Below are positions 1-14,329 of a stretch of 64,000 bases of DNA, in pieces. The notes under the pieces are model-generated. The model was not told the DNA's origin. It searched no databases and saw nothing but the letters and a program-made list of their open reading frames with translations. Positions within the stretch are counted from its first letter, which is position 1, and each line of letters opens with the position of its first letter. Origin of the DNA: the human T2T-CHM13v2.0 reference genome, Homo sapiens; assembly GCF_009914755.1 (NCBI RefSeq), contig NC_060947.1; one strand, given 5' to 3'. Position numbers and translations under genes: made by a program.

Positions 1-2391
1 ATGGCCTTCTTTGTCTCTTTTGATCTTTTTGGTTGAAAGTCTGTTTTGTCAGAGACTAGGATTGCAACCCCTGCCTTTTTTTGTTTTCCATTTGCTTGGT
101 AGATCTTCCTCCATCCCTTTATTTTGAGCCTATGTGTGTCTCTGCATGTGAGATGGGTTTCCTGAATACAGCACACTGATGGGTCTTGAAGGTTTATCCA
201 ATTTGCCAGTCTGTGTCTTTTAATTAGAGCATTTAGCCCATTTACTTTTAAGGTTAATTTTGTTAAGTGTGAATTTGATCCTGTCATTATGATGTTAGCT
301 GGTTATTTTGCTCGTTAGTTGATGCAGTTTCTTCCTAGCCTTGATGGTCTTTACAATTTGGCATGTTTTTGCAGGGGCTGGTACCGGTTGTTCCTTTCCA
401 TGTTTAGTGCTTCCTTCAGGAGCTCTTGTAGGGCAGGCCTGGTGGTGACAAAATCTCTCAGCATTTGCTTGTCTGTAAAGTATTTTATTTCTCCTTCACT
501 TATGAAGCTTAGTTTGGCTGGATATGAAATTCTGGGTTGAAAATTCTTTTCTTTAAGAATGTTGAATCTTGGCCCCCACTCTCTTCTGGCTTGTAGAGTT
601 TCTGCTGAGAGATCAGCTGTTAGTCTGATTGGCTTCCCTTTGTGGGTAACCCAACCTTTCTCTCTGGCTGCCCTTAACATTTTTTCCTTCATTTCAACTT
701 TGGTGAATCTGACAATTATGTGTCTTGGAGTTGCTGTTCTCTAGGAATATTTTTGTGGTGTTCTCTGTGTTTCCTGAATTTGAATGTTGGCCTGCCTTGC
801 TAGATTGGGGAAGTTCTCCTGGATAATATCCTGCAGAGTGTTTTCCAACTTGGTTCCATTCTCCCCGTCACTTTCAGGTACAGCAATCAGATGTAGATTT
901 GGTCTTTTCACATAGTCCCATATTTCTTGGAGGCTTTGTTTGTTTCTTTTTATTCTTTTTTCTCTAAACTTCTCTTCACGCTTCATTTCATTCATTTCGT
1001 CTTCCATCGCTGATGCCCTTTCTTCTAGTTGATCGCATCGGTTACTGAGGCTTGTGCATTTGTCACGTAGTTCTCGTGCCGTGGTTTTCAGCTCCATCAG
1101 GTCCTTTAAGGACTTCTCTGCATTGGTTATTCTAGTTATCCATTCGTCTAATTTTTTTTCAAAGTTTTTAACTTCTTTGCCATTGTTTCGAACTTCCTCC
1201 TTTACCTTGTATTAGTTTGATCTTCTGAAGCCTTCTTCTCTCAACTTGTCAAAGTCATTCTCCGTCCAGCTTTGTTCCATTGCTGGTGAGGAGCTGTGTT
1301 CCTTTGGAGGAGGAGAGGCGCTCTGATTTTTAGAGTTTCTGGTTTTTCTACTCTGTTTTTTCCCCATCTTTGTGGTTTTATCTACCTTTGGCCTTTGATG
1401 ATGGTGACGTACAGATGGGTTTTTGGTGTGGATGTCCTTTCTGTTTGTTAGTTTTCCTTCTAAAAGTCAGGACCCTCAGCTGCAGGTCTGTTGGAGTTTG
1501 CTGGAGGTCCACTCCAGACCCTGTTTGCCTGGGTATCAGCAGTGGTGGTTCCAGAACAGCGGATATTGGTGAACTGCAAATGTTGCTGCCTGATCGTTCC
1601 TCTGGAAGTTTTGTCTCAGAGGAGTACCCGGCTGTATGAGGTGTCAGTCTGCCCCTACTGGGGGGTGCCTCCGAATTAGGCTACTCAGGGGTCAGGGACC
1701 CACTTGAGGAGGCAGTCTGCCCATTCTCAGATCTCTAGCTGCATGCTGGGAGAACCACTACTCTCTTCAAAGCTGTCAGACAGGGATATTTAAGTCTGCA
1801 GAGGTTACTGCTGTCTTTTGTTTGTCTGTGCCCTGCCCCCAGCGGTGGAGCCTACAGAGGCAGGCAGTCCTCCTTGAGCTGTGGTGGGCTCCACCCAGTT
1901 AGAACTTCCCAGCTGCTTTGTTTACCTACTCAAGCTTGGGCAATGGCGGCCGCCCCTCCCCCAGCCTCATTGCTGCCTTGCAGCGTGATCTCAAACTGCT
2001 GTGCTAGCAATGAGTGAGGCTCCGTGGGCATAGGACCCTCCAAGCCAGGTGCGGGATATAATCTCCTGGTGTGCCGTTTGTTGAGCCCGTTGGAAAAGCG
2101 CAGTATTAGGGTGGGAGTGACCTGATTTTCCAGGTGCCGTCTGTCACCCCTTTCTTTGACTAGAAAAGGGAATTCCCTGACCCCTTGCGCTTCCCGGGTG
2201 AGGGGATGCCTCGTCCTGCTTCGGCTCACGCACGGTGAGCTGCACCCACTCTCCTGCCCCCACTGTCCGGCACTCCCCAGTGAGATGAACCCGGTACCTC
2301 AGTTGGAAATGCAGAAATCACCCATCTTCTCGTCGCTCATGCTGGGAGCTGTAGGCTGGAGCTGTTCCTATTCAGCCATCTTGGCTCCCCC
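1..2391 (-). mobile_element. L1PA (L1PA3-5 class) LINE-1, 5' portion: 5'UTR, ORF1 and start of ORF2; continues off the left edge
   Basis: Minus strand starts GGGGGAGCCAAGATGGCTGAATAGGAACAGC (canonical L1PA 5' end with YY1 site); ORF1 peptides in the ORF track; ORF2 ATG at 287. Confidence 0.97.
351..1367 (-). pseudogene. L1 ORF1p, disrupted by stops
   Basis: ORFs 741-1097 (..WDYVKRPNL..) and 351-692 (..RLTADLSAETLQARREW..YQPLQKHAKL) are separate pieces of ORF1p; ATG at 1367. Confidence 0.93.
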
Positions 2392-2514
2392 AACTTAATT
2401 TTCATGTATGCTCCATTCATAGGGAACTGCCTGTGGTTCCTTGAAATCAATGTTTTCTCATCTTTCGAGGCTTTTTCCCAGAACACCCTTTCTCTAATTT
2501 TTTTCCTTGCATTT

Positions 2515-3132
2515 GTTGTAAGCAGAATGGCCCTCCAAAGATATCCAGGCTCTAATCTCTGGAATCTGTGGATATGCTGCATTACACAGCAAAAGGGACT
2601 TTGCAGATGTAATTAAGGTTACAGTCTTCAAAGTAAGGGAGATTATCCTGGATTTTCCATATGGGCCCAATTTAATCACATGAAGCCTTAAAGGCATAGA
2701 GCTTTCTCTGGTTGGAGTCAGAGAGATGTGGCTGGAGAAATCAGATTTGAAGTGTGAGAGAAACTCAAATCTGTTTCTGAAATTGAGAGGCACATGGAAA
2801 TCATGAGAAGGAACAAAAGTAGCCTCTAGGAGCAAAGACTGGCCTCTGACTGACAGCGAGGGAATGAGGGACTTCAGTACTAAAACTTCAAGGGACTAGA
2901 TTTGGTGAACAACCTAAAATGAGCTTGGAAGTAGATTCTTCCCAGAACTCTAGAAAGGAATGCAGCTGCTGGACAACTTGATTTTGATCTTGTGAGGCTC
3001 ATAGCATAGGAACCATCCAAACCATACTGTAGGCAGACTTTTAACATAAAGAACTGTGAGATAATAAATGGATGTTATTTTAAGGCACAAATTTTGTGGA
3101 AATTGTTATGGCAGCCATTGAAAATGAATGCA
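2515..3132 (+). mobile_element. MaLR solo LTR (MLT1D/E-like)
   Basis: gggactttgcagatgtaattaagg..gattatcctggat..aactgtgagataataaat..ttgttatggcagc motifs typical of MLT1. Confidence 0.8.
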
Positions 3133-3189
3133 TCATCCTTTAACACTCAGCTCCAAAGTCATGCTTCTGGGAAGGCTTTCTTAATCACA

Positions 3190-3520
3190 GCAGCCAATAA
3201 TTATTGTTCAGTAGGGCTTAGGAGCAGTGTGGTGGCCATAGCCACTGGAGATGCAAATAAATACTAAAAGGAGACTGAAGGGTTAGAAGGAAATATCAAT
3301 AATAGACAAGCTGATTCATCCTAGAGGACTTTGGAGAAGGTCAGAAATTGCAGGCATTAAGTTCTGCCCCACTAATGGAATATAACTTCCAATGCACTGT
3401 CTAGTTCACTCTTAAGCAGGAATGGATAGCCAAAGATCACCAGTTATTTGAAGGAAAACTCCAATTTGAAAAAGAGAGACCAAAACAAAGATGAAGAAAG
3501 AAAACAAATATAAACAATGT
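3190..3520 (+). mobile_element. HAL1 / old L1M 5' fragment
   Basis: agccaaagatcaccag..gaaaaagagagaccaaaacaaa resembles HAL1 sequence upstream of ORF1 (recalled). Confidence 0.5.
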
Positions 3521-3524
3521 TAGG

Positions 3525-3949
3525 TGTGGCCGACAAATACGTGAAGAAAAGCTCATCATCTCTAATCATTACATAAATGCGAATCAGAACCCCAATGAGA
3601 CAGCATCTTATATCAGTCAGAATGGCTATTAAAGTGTCAAAAAACAACAGATGCTGGCAAAGTTGCAGAGAATAGGAAAACTTATACACTGGTAGTGTGA
3701 ATGTAAATTAGTTCAGCCACTGTGGAAAGCAGCATGGAGATTTCTCAAAGCAGTGTGGAGATTTCTGTTTAAAACAAAACTGTCATTCAACCCAGAAATC
3801 CCATTACTGTGTGTATAGCCAAAGGAAAATAAATCATTCTACCAAAAAGACACATGTACATGTATGTTCACTGCAATACTACTCACCATAGCAAAGACAT
3901 GGAATCATCCTAGGTGTCCATCAACAGTGGATTGGATAAAGAAAATGTG
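3525..3949 (+). mobile_element. Old L1PA/L1PB 3' ORF2 fragment, left part of an interrupted element
   Basis: ORF 3864 ([28 protein letters not shown]) is the ORF2 C-terminus; the element resumes at 5329. Confidence 0.85.
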
Positions 3950-5328
3950 CCACATAAATAATAGACACATAGAACAATGGAACAGGATGGAGAGCCCAGA
4001 AAATATGCCACACACCTACAACAATCTGATATTTGGCAAAGCTGACAAAAACAAGCAATGGGGAAAGAACTCCCTATTCAATAAATGGTGCTGGGGTAAC
4101 TGACTAGCTATATGCAGATAATTGAAACTGGACCCCCTTCCTTACACCATACACAAAAATCAACTTGAAATGGATTAAAGACTTAAATGTAAAACCTAAA
4201 AATATAAAAATCCTGGAAGACCATCTAGAAAGTACCATTCTGGACATAGGAACTGGCAAAGATTTCATGACGAAAATGCCAAGAACAATTGCAATAAAAG
4301 CAAAAATTGACAAGTGGAATCTAATTAAACTAAACAGCTTCTGCACAGCAAAAGAAACTATCAACAGAATAAACAGACAATCTACAGAGTAGGAGAAAAT
4401 ATTTGCAAACTGTCCATCTGACAAAGGTATAATATCCAGAATCTGAAAGGAATTTAAACAAATTTGTAAGCAAAAAACAAACGACCCCACTAAAAAGTAG
4501 GCAAAGGACATGAACAGACACTTTTCAAAAGAAGACATACATATGGCCAACAAGCATATGACAAAATGCTCAACATCATTAATCATTAGAGAAATGCAAA
4601 TCAAAACCACAGTAAGATACCATCTCACATCAGTCAAATGGTTATTATTAAAAAATAAATAACATGCTGGCGAGTTGCAGAGAAAAGGAAACACTTATAC
4701 ACTCTTGGCAGGAGTGTAAATTAATTCAGCCATTGTGGAAAGCAATGTGGTGATTCCTCAAAGAGCTAAAGACAGAACTGCCATTCAACCCAGCAATCCC
4801 TTTATTGGCATATACCCAAAGGAATATAAATCTACCATAAAGACACATGCACATGTATGTTCATTGCAATACTATTCACAATAACAATGACATGGAATCA
4901 ACTTAAATACCAATAAATGGTAGATTGGATAGAGAAAATGTGGTACATATACACCATGGAATACTACAGAGCCATAAAAAGGAATGAGATCATGCCTTTA
5001 CAGCAACATAGATGGAGCTGGAGACCATTATCCTTAGCAAACTAATGGAAGAACAGAAAACCAAATACTACATGTTCTCACTTGTAAAGGGGAGCCCAAT
5101 AATGAGAACATATGAACATGAAGAGGGGAACAAAAGACACTGCAGCCTACTTGAGGACGGAGGGTGGGAGGAGGGAGAGGATCAGAAAAAATACCTGTTG
5201 AATACGTGGCTTAGAACCTGAGTGATGAAATAAACTGTACACCAAACTCCTGTAACACACAAGTTCATCTATATAACAAACCTGCACATGTAACCCTCAA
5301 CCTAAAATAAAAGTTAAAAGAAAAAAAG
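3950..5328 (+). mobile_element. 5'-truncated L1 (L1PA13-16 class) nested in another L1
   Basis: ORF2 C-terminal fragments, 3'UTR, aataaa and A tail; TSD aagaaaatRtg at 3939-3949 / 5329-5339. Confidence 0.9.
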
Positions 5329-5990
<662 letters not shown>

Positions 5991-7230
5991 AAAAGTTCTG
6001 AGAAAGTGATTATTTTCACCCATGAATTTTATCCTCAGCTAAGCTATCAATCAAATCAGAGGGTAGAATAAAAACATTTTCAGATATGCAAAGTCTCAAA
6101 AATGTTACCTACCATGCATCCTTATTCAGGAGGTGGTGCTCAACCAAAACAACGATGGAAACCATGGGAGAGATTCACAAAACAGGGTGCTATCCAGGAG
6201 ACTTGGGACAGGAATGTGCAAGACGACAGCTGTGCAGCAAGCTCAGAAAGCAAACAGTTCAGACTGGAGCAGACCAGAGGGCCCAAAGGGGGACATTTCT
6301 AGGGGAAATCCCCCTAAACCCAAACAAACAAAACAATAGCCAAACAGAGAATCTAAAAGCTTTGCTTATGTGACCATGTGAACATTTTGCTGAGGCATTT
6401 GACAAGACTGTTGGCAAGTATAGGAAGATTTGGTTACAGGTTCAAATAAACTATGCAAAGGAAAAAGTGAATCGTGTAAATTATTTACTTTTATTTTATT
6501 TTACTTTTAGAAACAGAGTCTCACTCTATCACTCAGGCTGGAGTGTAGTGGTGCGATTATAGCTCACTGTAACCTTGTATTCCTGGGTTCAAGTGATCCT
6601 TCCACCTCAGCTTCCCTAGTAGCTGGGAGTACAGGCATGCCCCACCACACTGGCTAATTAAAAAAAAAAATGTTGTGTATGTGGAGACAGGGTCCCGCTA
6701 TGCTGCCCAGGCTGGTCTCAAACTCCTGGTCTCAAGTGATCCTTCTGCTTCTGCCTTCCAAAGTGCTGGGATTATGGGCATGAGCCACGGTGCCCAGCCA
6801 GTCATTATCTTTTTTAAAAACAGAAATGGTACAAAAAATGTTATCACAGTATACTTCTTGGTTCAGTAGTGAACAATATTAGCATAGTCATAATGATGCA
6901 AATTTTAAAATGTGATATATAACTCTATTGGTAGAACAGAGAAGGGGAGGGGATTTGTAAGCAAATTGACTCCTCATCTACCATTACAAGATGGCAATAG
7001 ATTAATTATAATGGATCAAAAGACAACAATGCCTGCTTGTTATTTAACAATATGAAAGTAAATGTCAGAAGAAACATTTAAAAAATTGAAAGTAAGATGG
7101 GGCAAGTGTGAGGGCAGAGGGAGAACAAGGAGACAGGAGTCTTGCTTTTTGTTATAGCATAAACCTTTTATACTAGGGTAATATAACATTGTAATTCAGT
7201 ATATATTATTTAGTTAAAAATCATGATCAG
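5991..7230 (+). mobile_element. HAL1 (half-L1) ORF1 end and 3' region, interrupted by an Alu
   Basis: Degenerate ORF1 C-terminal sequence (aattttatcctcagctaagctatcaatcaa..ttttcagatatgcaa) followed by gacagctgtgcagca..cagttcagactggagcag, a recalled HAL1 signature; no ORF2 follows. Confidence 0.6.
6482..6799 (-). mobile_element. Alu (AluJ-like)
   Basis: T-rich tail then reverse-complement dimeric Alu ending gtgcccagcc. Confidence 0.93.
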
Positions 7231-7392
7231 TTTGAAAAAGAGTCAATGGTGGTTAAACATAAGGTAGAGGTTATATTCACCCCCATTTTCTGAACTGTCT
7301 GCTCCCATACATCCTGTGGTTTCCTCCTGGCCATAATTGGAGAGGAAAGAGCCTGAAAAGCTCTTTCACACTGAGATCTTAGTCTACTACAA

Positions 7393-7480
7393 TCCAGCCT
7401 GGGCAACAGAGTGAGACTATGTTTCTAAAAGTAAAAAAATATTTATGAAATAAAATAAAATAAAATAAAATAAAAGTAAA
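7393..7480 (+). mobile_element. Alu 3' fragment with (TAAAA)n tail
   Basis: tccagcctgggcaacagagtgagact followed by taaaa repeats. Confidence 0.85.
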
Positions 7481-7721
7481 TGATTTACCAGATTCATTTT
7501 TTCCTTTGCATAGTTTATTTGAACCCATGACCCTAGGCACTTAAGGGTCTATCCCTTCAAGAAGAGGGTACTGGAGGTAAAATCTACAATTTTTTTAAAA
7601 GGAGTTTGGAGCAGGTCAATGCTAAGCAAGAAATAATTTCTAAATATGGATATACAGGCATTTGTACATGTTCTGACCAAAATGGGGTTTGGTGGTTTGG
7701 TTTTAATGGGTGGGCAGGTGA

Positions 7722-8044
<323 letters not shown>

Positions 8045-9389
8045 ACAGGTGACATACTTTCTAGTGGGGAAGCTTTCACTTTGTTCTCAAATAGAGCAAT
8101 GTAATAAAACCAAACATTTGTATTGCATTTATAAAGTACTTTCACCTAGGTCATCTTATCTGAGTCCCATAAGGCCAAGGTCATCCAGCTAATGCATGAA
8201 CAAAGATGGAGCAGCACTAGGATCCCAGACCGGCTGCCAGGGATCCCAGCCTCTGTACCACTTCATTGAAGTGCCCTCACTGTCCTTAGAAGAATCACTC
8301 AGCCAGCAAACTAGTGATGCACATGCCCCAGCTCCTCCCAGTATCCCTCCACCAACTTGCCCTGCTCACTGCCTCTTTTCTTTCTAAGCCCTAAACAAAA
8401 GTAAGCAAAGGAAAGGCAGGGACATCAGAAAAAGGAAGGCAAACAGATGAGGTTAGGTGGAGAAGCAGAGAAGGTAAAGTAATCCCCAGGTCCCTTTCTG
8501 CTTGGTGACTGGAATCACAAACATGGCACCTGTGTACACTCAACGCTCATCTCATCAGATTCACAGACCTGAATCCTTTTCACTGCTAACACTCAAGGCA
8601 GAAGAAGATAGGCATTAAGGATCACGTGTACTGACAGAAACACACAAGGAAGGGCATAATCATTGCCCCTTGATAGCAAACCAACCAAAGTGCAAATGTA
8701 GTAGTCTTCTCACAGAGTGTATCAGCCTTCCCAGCAAGAAACTAAAAATTCCATGCAGGGTCTGCCCCATCAGGGATTCTCTGATTGCCTTCAACCACAC
8801 ACCTGGCAAGTTGGAGGTCATCCTGAACAATGTCCCAATCAGCATCTCAAGAAAACCTGCCAATCCTAGCCTGGAGCCTGGGAAGTTTCCCCACTATGGG
8901 AATATTGGGAGAAACTGAGCTTGAGAGGTGAAAAGAAATGAGTGATGAGAACTTTGCTCCAAAGTTCTTTAAGGGGTGGCCCCTGGGAATGCCCAGAGAC
9001 CCACTGTTTTGGTCAGCCTTGGGAATCTAATGTGTTAATCTTTGCCCCACTAGTGGCTGCATTTTCACAAGCAGGCCTCCCTGTCAAGCTAGGGCAGAGA
9101 CTGATGGTGCCTGAAGCCTGAACAGTAGGGATGTCCCTGCTGCATTTCTTCTTTTCCCCAATAGCTTATCCCTCCCCGTGTTCCACTTTGTGACCAATGG
9201 AGGAGGCCATGGATCCCAGATTACTCCTTCCCTCCATCTTGAGAAAACAAAGGGATCAATGGAAACAAATACATTGAAGCGTTAAGAAGAATCTCAGAAG
9301 CCTTGCATTTTAACAGAGGCATGAGAGAGCAAATCTTTACCCAGAACTCAGGACAATGACAGCCTATGGCTGCCCTCAAACCTATAGAA

Positions 9390-9560
9390 ATTGAGAGCTA
9401 GCAGAACCACTGGAAATCACCTGTCTGCATCCTCATTTTACAGAAGGCGAAACTGAGGTCCACATAGCTGAAGGGATTTGCTCATCATCCTTAAGGAGTT
9501 AGTGGCAGAGAACCAAATTCCCTTGCCAGCAGGCCAAGATTCTTTGCAGTTAACCACACC
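9390..9560 (-). mobile_element. MIR
   Basis: cctcattttacagaaggcgaaactgagg MIR core. Confidence 0.65.
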
Positions 9561-9591
9561 ATCTTTAACTCATAGTTCAAAACAAATTCCT

Positions 9592-10121
<530 letters not shown>

Positions 10122-10135
10122 AGATACGGGGAATT

Positions 10136-10360
10136 CAGAGACCTTGGAGGAGTTCATAATCTAATGGAGGAGAAAATGTAGAAAGGATGATTAAAATGCA
10201 GTGTGATTATTGTTGGATAAGGTGATAAATCAGAGTTGTTGAGATTCTGTAAGTGCATGGAGGAGGGGCACCTCATCCTATCTGAAGAAGACGTCATAGA
10301 AGGTTTTTCAGAGTAGCTGGTGTCCAAATCAAGTCCTAAAAGTGATGGGACAAGAATAAT
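10136..10360 (-). mobile_element. L2 fragment
   Basis: ggagttcataatctaatgg..ggaggaggggcacct..agaaggtttttcagag typical antisense L2. Confidence 0.6.
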
Positions 10361-10669
10361 GAACAATTCAGATAGGGTATAACTGTAAAGAAACTCACTC
10401 TCCAGTTAGGAGGATAGATAAATAAAAACCCTCTGTGCTAAGGGCTGGCAGAAAGGTAAACTCAGGGATCTTTGGGAACACAGAAAAGGAATTACTATTG
10501 GACATAGGGGCAGGGAATGGGGTGGCCGGGTCACCTTTACAATGGTGATGACGCCTGAGTTTGGTCTTCATTAGCACTGACCAAGGTGGCTTGATAGAAG
10601 GCTGAAGACAGACTATGGGCCCGAGTATACAGAAAACTATCCCCTGTGTTATGAGTGAAGGACAACATA

Positions 10670-11150
10670 CTGTGTATTAGGGTTCAGACTAAATTTCTGT
10701 TAATAGAGATTCAAACAGGATAGAAATTTCTCTTTGTCTCATGCAACAAATAGAGGGAGAACAGGTAGGCTGCTTTGCTCCAAACGATCTTCCAGAGATC
10801 TTTTACTACCTTTTGTAGTGCCATCATCACCTAGAATATTGTCCTAGTCTGCACAGTCAAAACTAGTTCATTACCACTATGTTAGTGTTTTAGCCTCTAG
10901 GGGGAAAGGGGAAAAAAAGAAGTGCAGGACAAAACATTTCCTTTTAAGGAAGCAACTCAGAGGTTGCAGGCATCACTTTCACATATGAACACAGTGACAT
11001 GACCACACATAGCTGCAAGGGAGGTTGGGAAAAGTAGTCTCTATTCTAGCCAGGTTCCTTACTAAGTCTTAGGGATTTATGTTACTAAAAGAAATAAATA
11101 GAAGGAATGGACAGTGGGTGGTGGGGGGAAGTAACAGTATCTAACACATG
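10670..11150 (-). mobile_element. Old MaLR LTR (MLT1J/K/L-like)
   Basis: catcactttc..acatgaccacacatagctgcaagggaggttgggaaa.gtagtct motif. Confidence 0.6.
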
Positions 11151-11989
11151 CTAATTTGTTTCCCCATGTACAGGGAAAGGCAGTTTTAGAGAGGAAATAG
11201 TTAAATGATAGACTGCAGAGGGTCTTAGCCATGGACAGTTAAAGAGTTGCAGTGTCTCAAGGTTGCTGGTTTGGGTAATGGACAAGCTAAGAGTATGTCC
11301 AAGCGTTCTGAATTGGCGACCCCCCCAAAAACTTAGCAGGCCAGGACAAAAAGATACAATCCTTGATAGGAGTGTCCCAGATAGAGTTACTGCTGTCTTT
11401 AAGCTGTGTTGCTCAGGCCTCTACTCAATTCTACTTTGCCTGACTTGAAGATGTCAGGCTAGTCTCTCTGCCTGTTCTTTAGGAAGAACATCTTCACCAG
11501 ATAGAGAAGTCTGACAGGGCTATCTAAATATTTCTGAACCGGTCCAGATCATTGCTGTCATTCTCTGAGGTTGGCATGCCAAGTCCTCAGCATCAGTACA
11601 AAGACATTGCTGTACACTCACAACCAGATAGAAGCAGAGGCTTGAACAGGATCAGTCCACTGAGATGAGGTATAAAGCAGGGGCAGGCATAGCTTCAAGC
11701 AAGTGATCAGCACTTCTTGGCTTGTAGGTGGCCATCTTCAACCAGTGCTTTCACATGGTCTTCCCTATGTATCTGCCTGTATCCAAGCCCCCAAGCACTG
11801 GAAGAGGTCTGAGACCTCCTGGACTACAGGGAACAAGGAGTCAGGGTGGGGACCAGAGCAGGTGCAGAGGATTATGAGCTATGATATTCAGGTAAGGAAG
11901 AAGGGAAGGTGACTCAAGGAGCAGTAATCCCAGGGCTTAAGCTTTATCTCAGAATGCAGGAAAGAAAGAGGGTATGCTTCTATCTCAGA

Positions 11990-12275
11990 AGACAACTTTT
12001 CCCAAACCATGTTACTTCCATTGTCCTCTACTCTGTGCTCAAATTAGAAAATTGAGTATCATCCTAGACTTGTTCCTCATCATCTTAACATATCCTATTT
12101 ATAAGTACCAAATGCTATCTATTCTATCTTCTAATTTTCTCTTGAAACAATTCAGTTACCTCCAGCCCTTCTACCATTACTTTGTCCAATTTTCCAAAGC
12201 CCTCCTCTCCTGGATTACTGCAACAGCTTTCTCACTGGCCTGCCTGACTCCACTCTTGCTGCCCTCCAACCCATC
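11990..12275 (+). mobile_element. L2 fragment (continues briefly at ~12670-12738)
   Basis: atcatcctagac..ctctcctggattactgcaacagc..gatcatgtcactcctctg.ttaaaac. Confidence 0.65.
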
Positions 12276-12666
12276 TGTCATGTGCTAAATTGTGCCACCT
12301 TCCCCAAAATCCATGTGTTGAAGTCCTAACTCATGATAGCTCAGAATGTGACTGTATTTAAAGATAGAGTCTTTAGAGAGGTAACTAAGTTAAAATAATG
12401 TCATTAGGATGGGCCCAAATCCAATATGATGGTGTCCTTACAAGAGAAAATTTAGATACAGGCAGATACATAGGGAAGACCGTGTGAAGGCACTGGTTGA
12501 AGATGGCCACCTACAAGCCAAGAAGGGAGGCCTCAGAAGAAAAGAGCACCAATACCTTGGTGTCAAACTTCCAGGCTCCATAATTGTGAGAAAATAAATT
12601 TCTATTATTTAAACCACTCACTTGATTTTGGGGTACTTTGTTATGGAAGCTCAAGAAAATTAACAC
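12276..12666 (+). mobile_element. MaLR solo LTR (MLT1A/B-like)
   Basis: tgttgaagtcctaac..cagaatgtgactgtattt..aagccaagaagggaggcctcagaaga..tgtgagaaaataaatttct. Confidence 0.85.
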
Positions 12667-13774
12667 ATCATCCTTTACACTGCCTACAAAATGACTCATT
12701 AATTACAAAGTTGATCATGTCACTCCTCTGGTTAAAACTGAGACAAATGGGACAAATGGGATTCCATCAAACTAAAAAGCTCCTGCACAGCAAAGGAAAC
12801 AATCAACAGAGTCAAACGACAACCCACACAATGGGAGAAAATATTTGCAAACTATACACCTGATAAGAGGTTAATATCCAAAATAAATAAGGAGCTCAAA
12901 CAACTCAACAGCAAGAAAACAAATAACCCAATAAAAATGGGCAACAGACCTGAACAAACATTTCTCAAAAGAAGACATACAAATGGCTAATAGGCATATG
13001 AAAAAATATGTCAACATTGCTAACCATCAAGGAAATGCTAATCAAAACCACAAATAAAATATTACCTCATACCTTTTAGAATGGCTATTATTGAAAAGAT
13101 ATAGAATAAGTGTTGGAGAGGATGTAGAGAAAAGAGAATTGTTGTGCACTGTTGGTGGAGATGCCAATTGGTACACCCATTATGTAAAACAGTATAGAAG
13201 GTCTTCAAAAAATTAAAAGTAGAACTACAATGTGATCCAGCAATCCCACTACTGGATATATATCCAAAGGAAATAAAATCAGTATGTTGAAGAGATACCT
13301 ACACTCCCATGTTCATTGCAACAGTATTCATAATGGTCAAGATATAGAATGAACCTAAGTGCTGATCGAAGAATGAATGGATAAAGAAAATGTGGTGTAC
13401 ACACACACACACACAATGGAATACTATTCAGTATTTAAAGCAGGGAATTTGCAACAACATAGATGAGCCTGGAAGTCATTGTGTTAAATTAAATTAGCTA
13501 GGCAGAGAAAAACAAACTACATGATCTTGCTTACATGGGAAATTGAAAAAAGTCAAACTCATAGAAGCAGAGAGTAGAATGATGGTTGTCGGGGGCTGGG
13601 GGTTAGAGATATTGGTCAAACAATACAAAGTGTCAGTTATGCAGACTGAATAAGTTCTGCAGATCTAATTATGTCATAGTGAGTACAGTTAATAATACTG
13701 TATTATATACTTGAATATGCTAAGTGAGTATATTGTAAATGTTCTTACTGCAAAAAAAAAAAAAAAACATACAT

Positions 13775-14023
13775 GCTGTGGCTCATGCCTGTAATCCCAG
13801 CCATTTGGGAGGCTGAGGCAGGAGGATCACTGAAGCCCAGGAGTTCGAGACCAGCCTAGGCAACATGGTGAAACCCCGTCTCCATAAAAAATAAAAAATG
13901 AGGCAGGAGGATTGCTTGAGCCCAGGAGGTCGAGGCTGCAGTGAGCTGTAATAGCACCACTGCACTCCAGCCTGGGTGACAGAGCAAGCAAGACCCTGCC
14001 TCAAAAAAAAAAAAAAAAAAAAA
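13775..14023 (+). mobile_element. AluJ-like with an internal deletion at the start of the right arm
   Basis: Left arm and linker jump directly to tgaggcagggaggattgc; long A tail. Confidence 0.9.
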
Positions 14024-14127
14024 AGACATACAATAAAATAATTAACTCTATGAGGTGATGAATATGTTAATTAGCTTCATTGTGGTAATCATTTCACAAG
14101 ATATACATATACCAAAAATAACTCAAT

Positions 14128-14265
14128 CAGCCTGGTACAGTGGCTCTTGCCTGTAATCCCAGCACTTTAGGAGTCTGAGATGGGAGGATCACTTGAGGCC
14201 AGGAGTTTGAGACCAACCTGGTCAACATAGTGAGACCCTATCCCTTAAAAATAAAAGAAAAAAGA
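14128..14265 (+). mobile_element. FLAM / Alu monomer
   Basis: Single arm plus A-rich tail; aactcaat on both flanks. Confidence 0.85.
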
Positions 14266-14329
14266 AACTCAATAAAGCTGAAAAAAGAAACTTAAAGCTA
14301 TAAGAAAGCTCCCCCTAAAGCTCCCTCAA

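Larger units (their letters stand above)
12740..14295 (+). mobile_element. L1MA-class 3' end, interrupted by two Alu-family elements
   Basis: ORF2 3' sequence (aaactaaaaagctcctgcacagcaaagg..) and 3'UTR (gaggtgatgaatatgttaattagct) ending ctcaataaagctgaaaaaa. Confidence 0.85.

Noticed and set aside
3724-3765. ~20-bp tandem duplication (aaagcag..tggagatttct twice)
   Set aside because: Small slippage duplication inside a dead L1.
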